DNA from: Candidatus Latescibacterota bacterium
GTDB lineage: Bacteria; Latescibacterota; UBA2968
Assembly (NCBI GenBank): GCA_965205975.1
Contig: OZ242195.1
Location: 288,001-352,000, forward strand
Length of the DNA stretch: 64,000 nt
Reading direction: 5' to 3'
Of the stretch, positions 27,703 to 36,900 are shown in pieces. The number at the start of each line of letters is the position of its first letter. The first letter of the stretch is position 1. Made by a program: the position numbers and the translations under genes. The notes below the pieces were generated by a model that made no database searches, was not told the origin of the DNA, and saw nothing but the letters and a program-made list of their open reading frames with translations.

Positions 27703-29058
27703 GTGGTACCTGAGTCTATTAAACATCTCAAGCGGCCTTTTTCATTTGCAGTTGTGAGTGATACGCATTTTGTGACGCGAGATTTTATTGGGCAGGCATT
27801 TGACGCGTCAAGACCGCTCAGTACTGAGGGGTATGTGGAAAATGTGACCTATTCACTCGCGCCAATGATGGATGCACTTCGCCATCTCAAACCAGATTTT
27901 ATAATTTTGACAGGCGATGTGGCCGAACCTCCGCTGGATCCAGAATGCCACCGCGAGAATCTCAAGGCTGCGCTGGATTTTTTTGCCACATGCGATATTC
28001 CCCTGATCGTCGCTCGTGGCAATCACGATGGCACCTCGACTTTTGATGAGGTTGTGGGGTCGCGTATTGCACAGTTTTTAGGTGAGGCACCCAAGGCGCA
28101 TTATTTTTCATTTGAGGTGGATGGTTGCCAGTTTATTGTTCTGGATACGCCGTTTTGGAATCCCGAGCAATGTCAGTGGCTCGATGCCGTGTTGGCAGAA
28201 AATGCTTATGCACCATCCTTTTTATTGGGGCATCATCCTATCTGGCCGGTAGCACGCGCTTTTTTTTACAATCGCGATTTTCAGACGGATATGGTCAATC
28301 TTTTGTCTCGGTACGCGATTGATGCCTATTTTTGTGGGCATTCACACAATCAAAGCATTGTGTTGCACCGCACGCCCTATTTGCCAGTGTTGCAGTGTAT
28401 GGGTGCTCTGGTCGGGTTGTCTGACGCGCCGCCACTTCCGCTCAACCACGTTCAAGCCCTTTTGCCCACGTCCGATGATCTCATGGCTGTTTGGCCTGGA
28501 TATATTGAAAATACGGCTCCAGGATGGTTTATGGGATATGTTTCACAGGGCCAGGCGCGTGTGGAATGGTATCATATTAACCGCGGAGCCGAGGCCATGG
28601 TGCGTTGGTTTCGGCCTGGTGATATTCAGACTTTTTGGACGATGGATCCCGCGCCCCCTGCCCAACTCATTGAAGCAAATTTGCAGCGTATTCGACAGGG
28701 GATTCTTCGTTTTTGTGCCTGGGATAGTATGGGAGATGCGCGCGTATTTCTCAATGGGAATGAGATTGGCCTTTTGCCGCGTGCAGATAATTTTACGCCC
28801 AGTCGCCTCTCTTTACCTCCCAACGCACTCGCTTGTTTGCAGATGGAAAATAAGGTGCGTATTGAACCAGCTGAGGGAAGTGAGATAACTCTTGGCAATC
28901 TGGTTATCGAAGTGGTATTGCCCGGTGGTCGTTATGTGCGGTCACAGATTTTTGAAGAGATTTATACGTGGTCTAACCGGTGGGAGAGGTATGAATATGA
29001 GACGTTGCAAAAGATGAAACCGGGGCGACCGTTAACAACAGTGTTGTCTTTCAGGTGA
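27703..29058 (+). CDS. Calcineurin-like metallophosphoesterase with a C-terminal beta-rich domain
   Basis: SDTH, TGD, GNHD, GHHP, GHSH motifs; GGGAGG RBS before GTG 27703. Confidence 0.85.
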   Translation: MVPESIKHLKRPFSFAVVSDTHFVTRDFIGQAFDASRPLSTEGYVENVTYSLAPMMDALRHLKPDFIILTGDVAEPPLDPECHRENLKAALDFFATCDIPLIVARGNHDGTSTFDEVVGSRIAQFLGEAPKAHYFSFEVDGCQFIVLDTPFWNPEQCQWLDAVLAENAYAPSFLLGHHPIWPVARAFFYNRDFQTDMVNLLSRYAIDAYFCGHSHNQSIVLHRTPYLPVLQCMGALVGLSDAPPLPLNHVQALLPTSDDLMAVWPGYIENTAPGWFMGYVSQGQARVEWYHINRGAEAMVRWFRPGDIQTFWTMDPAPPAQLIEANLQRIRQGILRFCAWDSMGDARVFLNGNEIGLLPRADNFTPSRLSLPPNALACLQMENKVRIEPAEGSEITLGNLVIEVVLPGGRYVRSQIFEEIYTWSNRWERYEYETLQKMKPGRPLTTVLSFR

Positions 29059-29062
29059 GGAT

Positions 29063-31090
29063 GTGATGGACGATAGAAGAGATACCAATAGATTGGTCCA
29101 CGAGACCAGTCCGTATTTATTGCAGCATGCACACAATCCCGTTGCGTGGTTTCCGTGGGGAGAAGAGGCGTTTGAAAAGGCCATTGCCGAAGACAAGCCC
29201 ATCTTTTTGAGCGTGGGATATGCGGCCTGTCACTGGTGCCATGTGATGGCACACGAGTGTTTTGAAGACGAGGAAATAGCGCAGATTATGAACGCGCATT
29301 TTGTCAATGTGAAGGTCGATCGGGAAGAACGCCCCGATGTCGATGAAATTTATATGAATGCGGTACAGGTTATGACCGGTTCCGGTGGATGGCCTATGAG
29401 TGTGTTTTTAACGCCGCAGGGCGTACCGTTTTACGGGGGCACGTATTTTCCGCCTCAGAGTCGGCACAATATACCGGGCTTTCCCCAGGTTCTGGAATCC
29501 GTTGCCAGGCATTATCGGGAAAATGGGGATAATGTCGCAGATGTGGCGAATCGGTTGCATGAGCATTTGCGGGCAATGGCGCATATTGATGCTTTGGCAG
29601 ATGACCTGACTGAGGCGGATTTTGATGGCGCATTTCAAAAGATTAGATCGAATTTTGATTTTCAAAATGGCGGGTTTGGCACACAGCCCAAGTTCCCCAA
29701 TTCGATGAATCTCGACGTATTTTTGCGAACTTATTTGCGTACGGGGGACATAGAGGCACGCGCGATGGTAAAATTGACGCTCGAAAAAATGGCGCGCGGG
29801 GGCATTTACGATCAACTCGGCGGGGGATTTCACCGCTATTCTGTTGATCGCCACTGGCTCGTGCCCCATTTTGAGAAGATGCTGTATGACAATGCACTGC
29901 TCGCACAGCTTTATACACAGACTTATCAGGTGACGAGGCAACCGTTTTTTGCGCGCATTGTTAGGTCAATTCTGGATTATACGCGTCGAGAGATGACTGC
30001 GCCAGAAGGCGGTTTTTATTCTACGCAAGATGCCGATAGCGAGGGGGAAGAGGGCAAGTTTTTTGTGTGGACGCCGCAGGAGGTGGTGGATCTATTGGGC
30101 GAAGAAGAAGGGGCGATATTTTGTCGGTATTTCGATGTGACGGAGCGGGGCAATTTTGAAGGTAAAAATATTTTAAATATTCCTCGTATTTATGAGGTGG
30201 ATGAAGACGCGATAGCACGCGAATGTACGATTTTGTTTGATGCGCGAGAAGAGCGCGTCAAACCCGGGCGCGATGAAAAAATTCAGGTGAATTGGAATGG
30301 GCTGATGATTTCGGCCTTTGCCCAGGCATATCGGGCGTTTGGCGATTCCGTTTATCTGGATAGTGCGTCAGATGCGGCTCAATTTATCCTGGAGAATATG
30401 TGTACGGATCGCGGGCTTTTGTTGCATACCTATAAAGATGGTCGCGCGCGTTTCAATGCCTATCAGGATGATTATGCCTGTTTGATCGTTGGGTTAGTCG
30501 ATCTGTACGAGGCGAGTTTTGAGCCTTCTTATCTCATTGCTGCCCGCGATTTTATGGAGGTGATGATCGATCAATTTTGGGATAATGAAGATGGCGGATT
30601 TTTTTATACGGGAAGAGATCACGAGGAGCTGATTGTGCGTTCAAAAAATCCCTTTGACAATGCGACTCCCTCTGGCAATTCAACAGGGGCGATGGCACTG
30701 CTGCGATTGGGGACGCTGCTGGAGCGCCGAGATTGGCGGGATATGGCCGCCCGTATTTTGCATCTTTTTGGCAGACATATTCGGGAGGTGCCTTCGGGTT
30801 TTGGCAATATGATTTGTGCCCTGGATCTCTATTTGCAAGGGGCAGTTGAGGTTGCTGTTTTGGGCGATCGAGACAGTGCGGATACGGTTGCACTGCTCGA
30901 TGTGGTGAATAAAACATGGCGACCCAATGTCGTTTTGTGCGGGGGAAGTGATCCCGTGTCCGACGCTATTCCGCTTCTGAAAAATCGCGGTATGATTGAC
31001 GGACGCGCCACGGCTTATGTATGTCGCAATTTTGTCTGTTCTGAACCCGTTACAGATGCCGAGGCACTGGAAAAATTACTGGATGAATAG
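29063..31090 (+). CDS. YyaL/SSP411 (DUF255) thioredoxin-domain + (alpha/alpha)6-barrel protein
   Basis: NRL..ETSPYLLQHAHNPV, CHWCHVM, KVDREERPDVD, GGWP, PHFEKMLYDNA, AYVC...C. Confidence 0.95.
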   Translation: MMDDRRDTNRLVHETSPYLLQHAHNPVAWFPWGEEAFEKAIAEDKPIFLSVGYAACHWCHVMAHECFEDEEIAQIMNAHFVNVKVDREERPDVDEIYMNAVQVMTGSGGWPMSVFLTPQGVPFYGGTYFPPQSRHNIPGFPQVLESVARHYRENGDNVADVANRLHEHLRAMAHIDALADDLTEADFDGAFQKIRSNFDFQNGGFGTQPKFPNSMNLDVFLRTYLRTGDIEARAMVKLTLEKMARGGIYDQLGGGFHRYSVDRHWLVPHFEKMLYDNALLAQLYTQTYQVTRQPFFARIVRSILDYTRREMTAPEGGFYSTQDADSEGEEGKFFVWTPQEVVDLLGEEEGAIFCRYFDVTERGNFEGKNILNIPRIYEVDEDAIARECTILFDAREERVKPGRDEKIQVNWNGLMISAFAQAYRAFGDSVYLDSASDAAQFILENMCTDRGLLLHTYKDGRARFNAYQDDYACLIVGLVDLYEASFEPSYLIAARDFMEVMIDQFWDNEDGGFFYTGRDHEELIVRSKNPFDNATPSGNSTGAMALLRLGTLLERRDWRDMAARILHLFGRHIREVPSGFGNMICALDLYLQGAVEVAVLGDRDSADTVALLDVVNKTWRPNVVLCGGSDPVSDAIPLLKNRGMIDGRATAYVCRNFVCSEPVTDAEALEKLLDE

Positions 31091-31164
31091 AGTTTGGGAT
31101 ACTAATTTGAACGATTGACAGCGTCTAATTGTTAATCTATCACAATTCTAAGAAAGGATATGTT

Positions 31165-31710
31165 ATGGCAGATGTTTTGATTATAGGCGATGGACCTGCG
31201 GGACTGAGTGCCGCGTTGTTTTTGACGAAAAATGGTCAGAATGTGACGGTGTTTGGGCAAGATGGAACGCCGATGCACAAGGCAATGCTCTACAATTATC
31301 TGGGCATTCCCGAGATGACGGGGAGTGAGTTTCAGCGGGTAGGTCGAGCGCAAGTCCAGAATTTGGGCGGCAAAATTGAGGATGTAGAAGTGACCGATGC
31401 CGAAAAGACCGATAGCGGTTTTGCCGTTACAACGGCGGATGGAGATCGAAGAGAGGGGAAGTATCTCATTTTGGCGACTGGTACAAATACCAAATTGGCC
31501 GAGGGGCTGAGTTTGGCCAAGGAGAACAAGGGTATTGTTGCAGATGGAGATGGCCGCACTTCAGTTGAGGGGCTTTTTGCAGTGGGTTGGAATACGCGTC
31601 TCATCCGCACACAGGCGATTATTTCCGCCGGGCAAGGCGCCGCAACTGCGCTTGAAATTTTATCGCTCGAAGCTGGTGAAGATTTCCATGATTTTGATGT
31701 GGTTGAATAA
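31165..31710 (+). CDS. Short FAD-dependent oxidoreductase (thioredoxin-reductase-like FAD domain only)
   Basis: IIGDGPAGLSAA, LILATG, TSVEGLFAVG, QAIISAGQG; no CxxC or NADPH-binding domain. Confidence 0.8.
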   Translation: MADVLIIGDGPAGLSAALFLTKNGQNVTVFGQDGTPMHKAMLYNYLGIPEMTGSEFQRVGRAQVQNLGGKIEDVEVTDAEKTDSGFAVTTADGDRREGKYLILATGTNTKLAEGLSLAKENKGIVADGDGRTSVEGLFAVGWNTRLIRTQAIISAGQGAATALEILSLEAGEDFHDFDVVE

Positions 31711-31729
31711 GGTAAGATAAATTTTTTCG

Positions 31730-31778
31730 GGAGGTTCCAGGGCAGGTGGTGGGTATCTGGAACCTTCTTTTTTATTTT
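31730..31778 (+). terminator. Rho-independent terminator
   Basis: GGAGGTTCCAG...CTGGAACCTTC followed by TTTTTTATTTT. Confidence 0.65.
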
Positions 31779-31813
31779 GAGCGGAATCAAGGTGAATGGA
31801 AAGGGGAAATAGT

Positions 31814-32017
31814 ATGGCTGGACAAGGTTCGGGCGGCAATGTTCTTGCAGCTTTGTGTAGTTTTTTTATTCCAGGGTTGGGCCAGTTGCTTCAGGGACGT
31901 TTACTAATTGCTCTTTTCCAATTTGTTCTGGCAGCCATCCTGTGGTTTATCTGGATGGGCTGGTTGATCCATCTGTGGTCGGTTTTGAACGCGGCGCGGT
32001 GGAGACCAGGAGATTAA
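31814..32017 (+). CDS. Small membrane protein (SFFIPGLGQ motif)
   Basis: Purine-rich RBS; LAALCSFFIPGLGQ motif plus 2 hydrophobic helices. Confidence 0.7.
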   Translation: MAGQGSGGNVLAALCSFFIPGLGQLLQGRLLIALFQFVLAAILWFIWMGWLIHLWSVLNAARWRPGD

Positions 32018-32029
32018 GAGGATTTGCAG

Positions 32030-33142
32030 GTGAAAATTGATGCCGCGGAAATTCGATATGTCGAGTTGCCGCTGATTTCGCCGTGGCGCACGGCTTATGG
32101 CGAGGATGCGACGATTCATTCGGTGATGGTTAAACTCTCAAGTGGAGAAACCGTTGCCTGGGGTGAGGCTACGCCGTTTTACGCGCCGACTTATTCGTCC
32201 GAGTCGGCCCGATCTGTTTATGAGACGGCGCGAGAATTTTTTTTGCCGCATCTGGTGGGAGAGCAGATAGAGACAGCGGCGGAACTGATGGCGCGGATTG
32301 CGGTGTTTAAGGGCAATCCTTTTGCCAAAGCGGCTGTGGAGACCGCGTGGTGGGCATTGGATAGTAGGTTGAGAGGCGTACCGCTCTGGCAGTCGCTGGG
32401 CGCAGTTGATCCTACGGTGGCATGCGGTGCTGATTTTGGTGTGCAGGATACGATTGATGAACTTTTATCGCTGATTCAGGAGGCTGTGGATGTGGGATAT
32501 CCTCGGATAAAGCTGAAGGTACGGCACGGATGGGATATCGAGATGCTCAAAGCCGTGCGTTCGGCTTTTCCCGATCCCGTGATTCATGTGGATTGCAATT
32601 CGGGGTATGATTTGAACGTGGATTTTGATACCCTCAAGGGATTTGATCAGTTCAATTTGGCGATGATTGAACAGCCATTGGATCATCTGGATCTGATTGA
32701 GCACGCGGAGTTGCAAAGCCAAATCGAGACGCCTGTGTGTTTGGATGAGTCGGTCAAACGCCCGCGGGATTTTGAACTCGCCCTGAAAATTGGCGCCTGT
32801 CGCGTGATCAATGTAAAACCCGGTCGCGTGGGAGGCTTGTTAAACGCTGTGAAAATTCACGATATGGCGCGCGATGCGGGCATAGATGCATGGGTGGGCG
32901 GGATGCTGGAGAGCGGTGTTGGTGCCGGGATTTGTGCGGCGTTGGGTACGTTGCCGGGATTTAACTATCCGGCAGATGTATTTCCATCCCGCAAGTTTTA
33001 CGTTGAGGATATTACAGATCAGTGGATTGAGCAGGATGAGAATTGCAATGTAGTACTGGACGAGACACCCGGCGTTGGGTTCGATCCGATTCCCGAGCGT
33101 CTGGAGAAAGTGACGGTTATGAAAGCAGTTATAGAAGCGTAA
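32030..33142 (+). CDS. menC: o-Succinylbenzoate synthase / N-acylamino acid racemase (enolase superfamily)
   Basis: KLK, VDCN, IEQP, LDES, NVKPGRVGG, WVGGMLESG. Confidence 0.85.
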   Translation: MKIDAAEIRYVELPLISPWRTAYGEDATIHSVMVKLSSGETVAWGEATPFYAPTYSSESARSVYETAREFFLPHLVGEQIETAAELMARIAVFKGNPFAKAAVETAWWALDSRLRGVPLWQSLGAVDPTVACGADFGVQDTIDELLSLIQEAVDVGYPRIKLKVRHGWDIEMLKAVRSAFPDPVIHVDCNSGYDLNVDFDTLKGFDQFNLAMIEQPLDHLDLIEHAELQSQIETPVCLDESVKRPRDFELALKIGACRVINVKPGRVGGLLNAVKIHDMARDAGIDAWVGGMLESGVGAGICAALGTLPGFNYPADVFPSRKFYVEDITDQWIEQDENCNVVLDETPGVGFDPIPERLEKVTVMKAVIEA

Positions 33143-33161
33143 AAGCAATGACAAAATTTCA

Positions 33162-33413
33162 CTATTCAACTAACTCCTGTTCTGCAATTTTTCCTTCTCT
33201 AACTTCAGCAATTGACTGGCGCAAATGATCTGCATTGGCAGGGTTTGAAAGCAGGTACAGAGTTTCCTGCCAGGAATTAAATTCTTCCAGAGATAGGAGA
33301 ACAGCTTTCTGACTTCCCTCGCCACAAATAATCATTGGTTCGGCATCGGCTGTAACGCGCTCAATAACGCGACCCAGATCATTTTTTGCTTCATTTACGG
33401 TGATGGCATTCAT
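33162..33413 (-). CDS. Phd/YefM-family antitoxin (no cognate toxin adjacent)
   Basis: MNAITVNEAKNDL..VIERV, AVLLSLEEFNSWQETLYLLSNPANADHLRQSI. Confidence 0.9.
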   Translation of the reverse strand: MNAITVNEAKNDLGRVIERVTADAEPMIICGEGSQKAVLLSLEEFNSWQETLYLLSNPANADHLRQSIAEVREGKIAEQELVE

Positions 33414-33449
33414 AGATATCGCCCCAATCTGAAAAATTTGTCTGCACAA

Positions 33450-33478
33450 AATATACTGTAATTGCAACGCTCGGTCAA
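33450..33478 (-). promoter_or_regulatory. Putative sigma70 promoter of the antitoxin gene
   Basis: TTGACC-17 nt-TATATT. Confidence 0.6.
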
Positions 33479-33488
33479 TCCGGTTAGG

Positions 33489-34400
33489 TTAGATTCCAGG
33501 TTCACTTCCCTTAAGCGGGCGCAAATTGCCTTCTATCGGTTCTACGGTGACAGATACGGTGAGTGCGTGTTGCCCACCGCCCAAGACTACGCCTTTGAGA
33601 GGGGTGACGTCGGCAAAGTCGCGGCCCCAGGCTAAGGTGATGTGCCGGTCATCACCGGGTATGAGGTTGTTGGTCGGATCAAAGTCGATCCAGCCGTGAT
33701 TGGGCAGGTACACAGAGAACCAGGCATGGGAGGCATCCGCGCCAATCAGGTAATCTGTTCCGGGGGAGGGCAGGGTCTCGAGATAGCCGCTTATATAGCG
33801 TGCGGCCAGACCCATAGCACGGAGGCAACCGATAGCCAGATGGGCAAAATCCTGACACACGCCTTTGCGGTGTTTGAACACATCGGATAATGGCGTGGAT
33901 ATGGTGGTGAATCCAGGTACGTATTCAAAGTCGTTGTAGATGCGTTGGGTGAGGTCGCTAACCGCTTCTATAAAGGGACGGTCTTTAGAAAATGACGGCT
34001 CCGCATATTTTGTCAACTCGGGGATGGTAGTGGCTTTGGGAGAATCCAGTGCAAATTGGCGCACTGAAAGAAGGTCGGGATCGGTTGTGGTTTTGAGGAT
34101 GTGACACACGGTTTCCCAGGGCATATCGCTGGTCAATTGGGCTTGCGATACGATATGCACATCGCTTTCGGCTGTGACTGAGAGGATATTATGGGGTTGT
34201 TCGATGGAAAAATAGGCGGTGCGATTGCCAAAAAAATCTTTTCGCTCGCGAAAAAATGCTGGCTGTGGATTGATGGTGATGTGGCTATTTAAGCATGTCT
34301 GATTGAAAAAACTGCGCGGGCTCAATCGGGCTTGATTGTGAGACAGGCTCACGGTCTCTGCATATTCGTAGTGGCTCTGATGTGTGATGCGATAATTCAT
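33489..34400 (-). CDS. Transglutaminase-like protein (Bact_transglu_N + core)
   Basis: YRITH...Y; Cys-His-Asp triad in GVCQDFAH, SHAW, FDPTN; GRDFADVTPL. Confidence 0.92.
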   Translation of the reverse strand: MNYRITHQSHYEYAETVSLSHNQARLSPRSFFNQTCLNSHITINPQPAFFRERKDFFGNRTAYFSIEQPHNILSVTAESDVHIVSQAQLTSDMPWETVCHILKTTTDPDLLSVRQFALDSPKATTIPELTKYAEPSFSKDRPFIEAVSDLTQRIYNDFEYVPGFTTISTPLSDVFKHRKGVCQDFAHLAIGCLRAMGLAARYISGYLETLPSPGTDYLIGADASHAWFSVYLPNHGWIDFDPTNNLIPGDDRHITLAWGRDFADVTPLKGVVLGGGQHALTVSVTVEPIEGNLRPLKGSEPGI

Positions 34401-35911
34401 GTGCCAAAGTTCCGGTGTGGGAGACCGTCGATTACCCAGGTGTCTTTGCTGTGTACAAACGTATGCGTAGGAACGACAAAATTGTCGCGTTCGGGTGCGC
34501 TGCGCGTGAGGCCTCCAGGCATTACCGAGTATGTATTTTGGTGGGAGACTGCAAAGGCTGTGAGAGTGGTATAGCGAGATTCGAGATGCCCGTTGATCAG
34601 GGAAGGCGCTGTTGCAAAGCTGACTTGTTCCTGGCCTGCGTAACGGGTGGGATTTGCCCTGATGCGATCGCGCCAGACTTCGCGCTCGGCGCGGCTGAGC
34701 AAGGCACCGAAGACGCGGGGAATAGCTGATTGCTGATCAATTGGACAGAGAACCAGACTGTCGAGATGGTCGAGTACGTAGTTCATTTCTCGCGCTTGTC
34801 CGCACCACCAGGTGGCTACCGAGGGCAGGATGAGGTCTTCGTCCAGCAAGTGTCGCGCAATGCCGGGCAAAAAAGGCATCAAGCCCGGATTTTCGAGTAC
34901 GCTACTGCCCAGAGGATTGGCAATGGCAACGTGCCCATTTCGCACGGCATCGAGTAGCCCGGCAACGCCGAGTTGCGATTCTTCGTAGAGTTCCAATGGG
35001 TCGCAAAAATCGTCATTAATGCGGCGCAAAATGATATCAACGGGATGCAAGCCATCGATGGATTTGAGCCACGCGTGCCTATCGCGCACGATGAGGTTAT
35101 CGCCTTGCACAAGGGTATAACCCAGATAAGCTGAGAGATATGCATGCTCAAAATAGGTGGCGTTAAAAGGCCCTGGGGTCAGTACGACGATCCGGGGGTT
35201 TTCTTTGTTGTGAGGCGCAATTTCAGACAGGCCAGATTGAAAGGTGCGAAAAAAATCGGCCAGACGCCGCACATTGCAGTCGTTGAACAAGGTGGGCATA
35301 ATGCGCGACATCGCGGTTCTGTTTTCGAGCGCGTACCCCAGGCCCGAAGGTGCCTGTGTGTGGTCGTACAAAACCCACATTTGTCCATCGGGTCCTCGCG
35401 CGAGATTGGCGGCATAGATGCGCAATTGATGTTCAGCAGGCAGAAAGACATCTTTGCAGGATCTCAAAAAACCCGCGTGATTGTAGATGGGTTCAAAGGG
35501 TAAAAGGCCCTCTCGGATGAGTGTTTGGGGACCGTATATGTCTTTGAGCACAAGGTTGAGTAATTCGGCGCGTTGAGACACCCCTCGCGCAATATGGGTC
35601 CAGTCATTTGCCTGAAGCAGGAGGGGGATGGGATCGAGTTCCCGAGGGCGATGCAAGCCATCGGGATTGTCGGGTACGTTATACGTAACGCCGTTTTCGC
35701 GCAGCAATAGTCGCGCTTCCTGGTCGCGGCGTGCCAGTTCTTTGCTGCCCATGCGTTCTATTGCTGAAAAAAAGGGATGCCAATGGGCGCGCACCCCGTC
35801 TTTTTGATCCCACATTTCGTCGTAAGAACCGGGGGCAGGGGCGTACCCTTCGGGCATAATATCGGCAATTTCAGGTGGGGTTTTGGACAAGGCAGATTTC
35901 CCGTACAACAA
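34397..35911 (-). CDS. Circularly permuted ATP-grasp type 2 protein, degenerate paralog with no C-terminal alpha-E domain
   Basis: YDEM, ENGVTYNV, APSGLGYALENR, YFEHAYL, MPGGLTR, SKDTWV. Start may be ATG 35857. Confidence 0.85.
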   Translation of the reverse strand: MLYGKSALSKTPPEIADIMPEGYAPAPGSYDEMWDQKDGVRAHWHPFFSAIERMGSKELARRDQEARLLLRENGVTYNVPDNPDGLHRPRELDPIPLLLQANDWTHIARGVSQRAELLNLVLKDIYGPQTLIREGLLPFEPIYNHAGFLRSCKDVFLPAEHQLRIYAANLARGPDGQMWVLYDHTQAPSGLGYALENRTAMSRIMPTLFNDCNVRRLADFFRTFQSGLSEIAPHNKENPRIVVLTPGPFNATYFEHAYLSAYLGYTLVQGDNLIVRDRHAWLKSIDGLHPVDIILRRINDDFCDPLELYEESQLGVAGLLDAVRNGHVAIANPLGSSVLENPGLMPFLPGIARHLLDEDLILPSVATWWCGQAREMNYVLDHLDSLVLCPIDQQSAIPRVFGALLSRAEREVWRDRIRANPTRYAGQEQVSFATAPSLINGHLESRYTTLTAFAVSHQNTYSVMPGGLTRSAPERDNFVVPTHTFVHSKDTWVIDGLPHRNFGT

Positions 35912-35926
35912 AAAAAGAGGAAGATT

Positions 35927-36886
35927 TCAGACGGTCGTGGAGGAGGGCGAAGTTGCGAAGAAGGTTTCGAAAATTGCGTTGTCAAGCTGGTTGAGTCGCG
36001 TTTGAAATGCGTCGAGGTATTCGTGCAGGCCCTGCGAAATGATTTCATCGATACTGGTGTAATCCAGTTCGGCGAGCAGGCGACCCAGTACTTGTTCAGA
36101 TGTGTTTTGGAAAGAGCCTTCGGGTGTGCCCGATATGGTGTGCAAGGATTGATTGGCCCTGGAAAGACAGTATCGAATAGCGCGAGGAAATTCGCGGTTT
36201 AAGAGCAAGAAATCGACCACATTATGGGGTTCGATAGGGCCAAATTGCTTGCGATACATTTCGAGGGCACTGGCAGATTTGAGCAATGCCGACCACTGGA
36301 TATTGTCATAGGCCGTGCCCACATCATCAACTTCGGGCAATAAAAAGAAGTATTTGACATCGAGGATGCGCGAGGTTTTATCGGCGCGTTCTAAGTCCCG
36401 ACCCAGTTGAGCAAATTGCCAGGCTTCATTGTGAGACATGGTGTTGCGCTGAATGCCTGTGAACAGGTGACTGGCCATGATGATATCTGTAAAGTAGGCA
36501 TGGGGTGCATCCTGTGCATGGGGTTTGTCGATATTTTGTACCTGCAAGTAGAATTTGTTAATCTGTTCCCACATTTCCGTTGAAATAATTTCTCGGATAG
36601 AACGCGCATTTTCACGGGCGTTTCGCAAGCAGGAGAGAATGGAATTGGGATTTACGGGACTAAATGTCAGGAAGTCGATGACGTTGGCCTGGTTGTCCGT
36701 TGCGTAGTTTTCGTAGAACAGGTCCTGGTCGCCTGTGGTGAGCACAAGCGGTTCCCACTGTCCTTTGGCTTCAACGGGTAAGTCGAGCATCAAGTGACAA
36801 TTGACCTCAATAAAGCGGGCGACATTTTCGGCGCGTTCAAGATAACGACTCATCCAGTAAATGGATTCTGCTGTGCGGCTTAACAT
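35927..36886 (-). CDS. Alpha-E domain protein (DUF403)
   Basis: MLSRTAESIYWMSRYLERAENVAR, ARENARSIRE, LERADKTSRILDVK, FPRAI. Confidence 0.92.
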   Translation of the reverse strand: MLSRTAESIYWMSRYLERAENVARFIEVNCHLMLDLPVEAKGQWEPLVLTTGDQDLFYENYATDNQANVIDFLTFSPVNPNSILSCLRNARENARSIREIISTEMWEQINKFYLQVQNIDKPHAQDAPHAYFTDIIMASHLFTGIQRNTMSHNEAWQFAQLGRDLERADKTSRILDVKYFFLLPEVDDVGTAYDNIQWSALLKSASALEMYRKQFGPIEPHNVVDFLLLNREFPRAIRYCLSRANQSLHTISGTPEGSFQNTSEQVLGRLLAELDYTSIDEIISQGLHEYLDAFQTRLNQLDNAIFETFFATSPSSTTV

Positions 36887-36900
36887 AAGATGGCTCGGCG

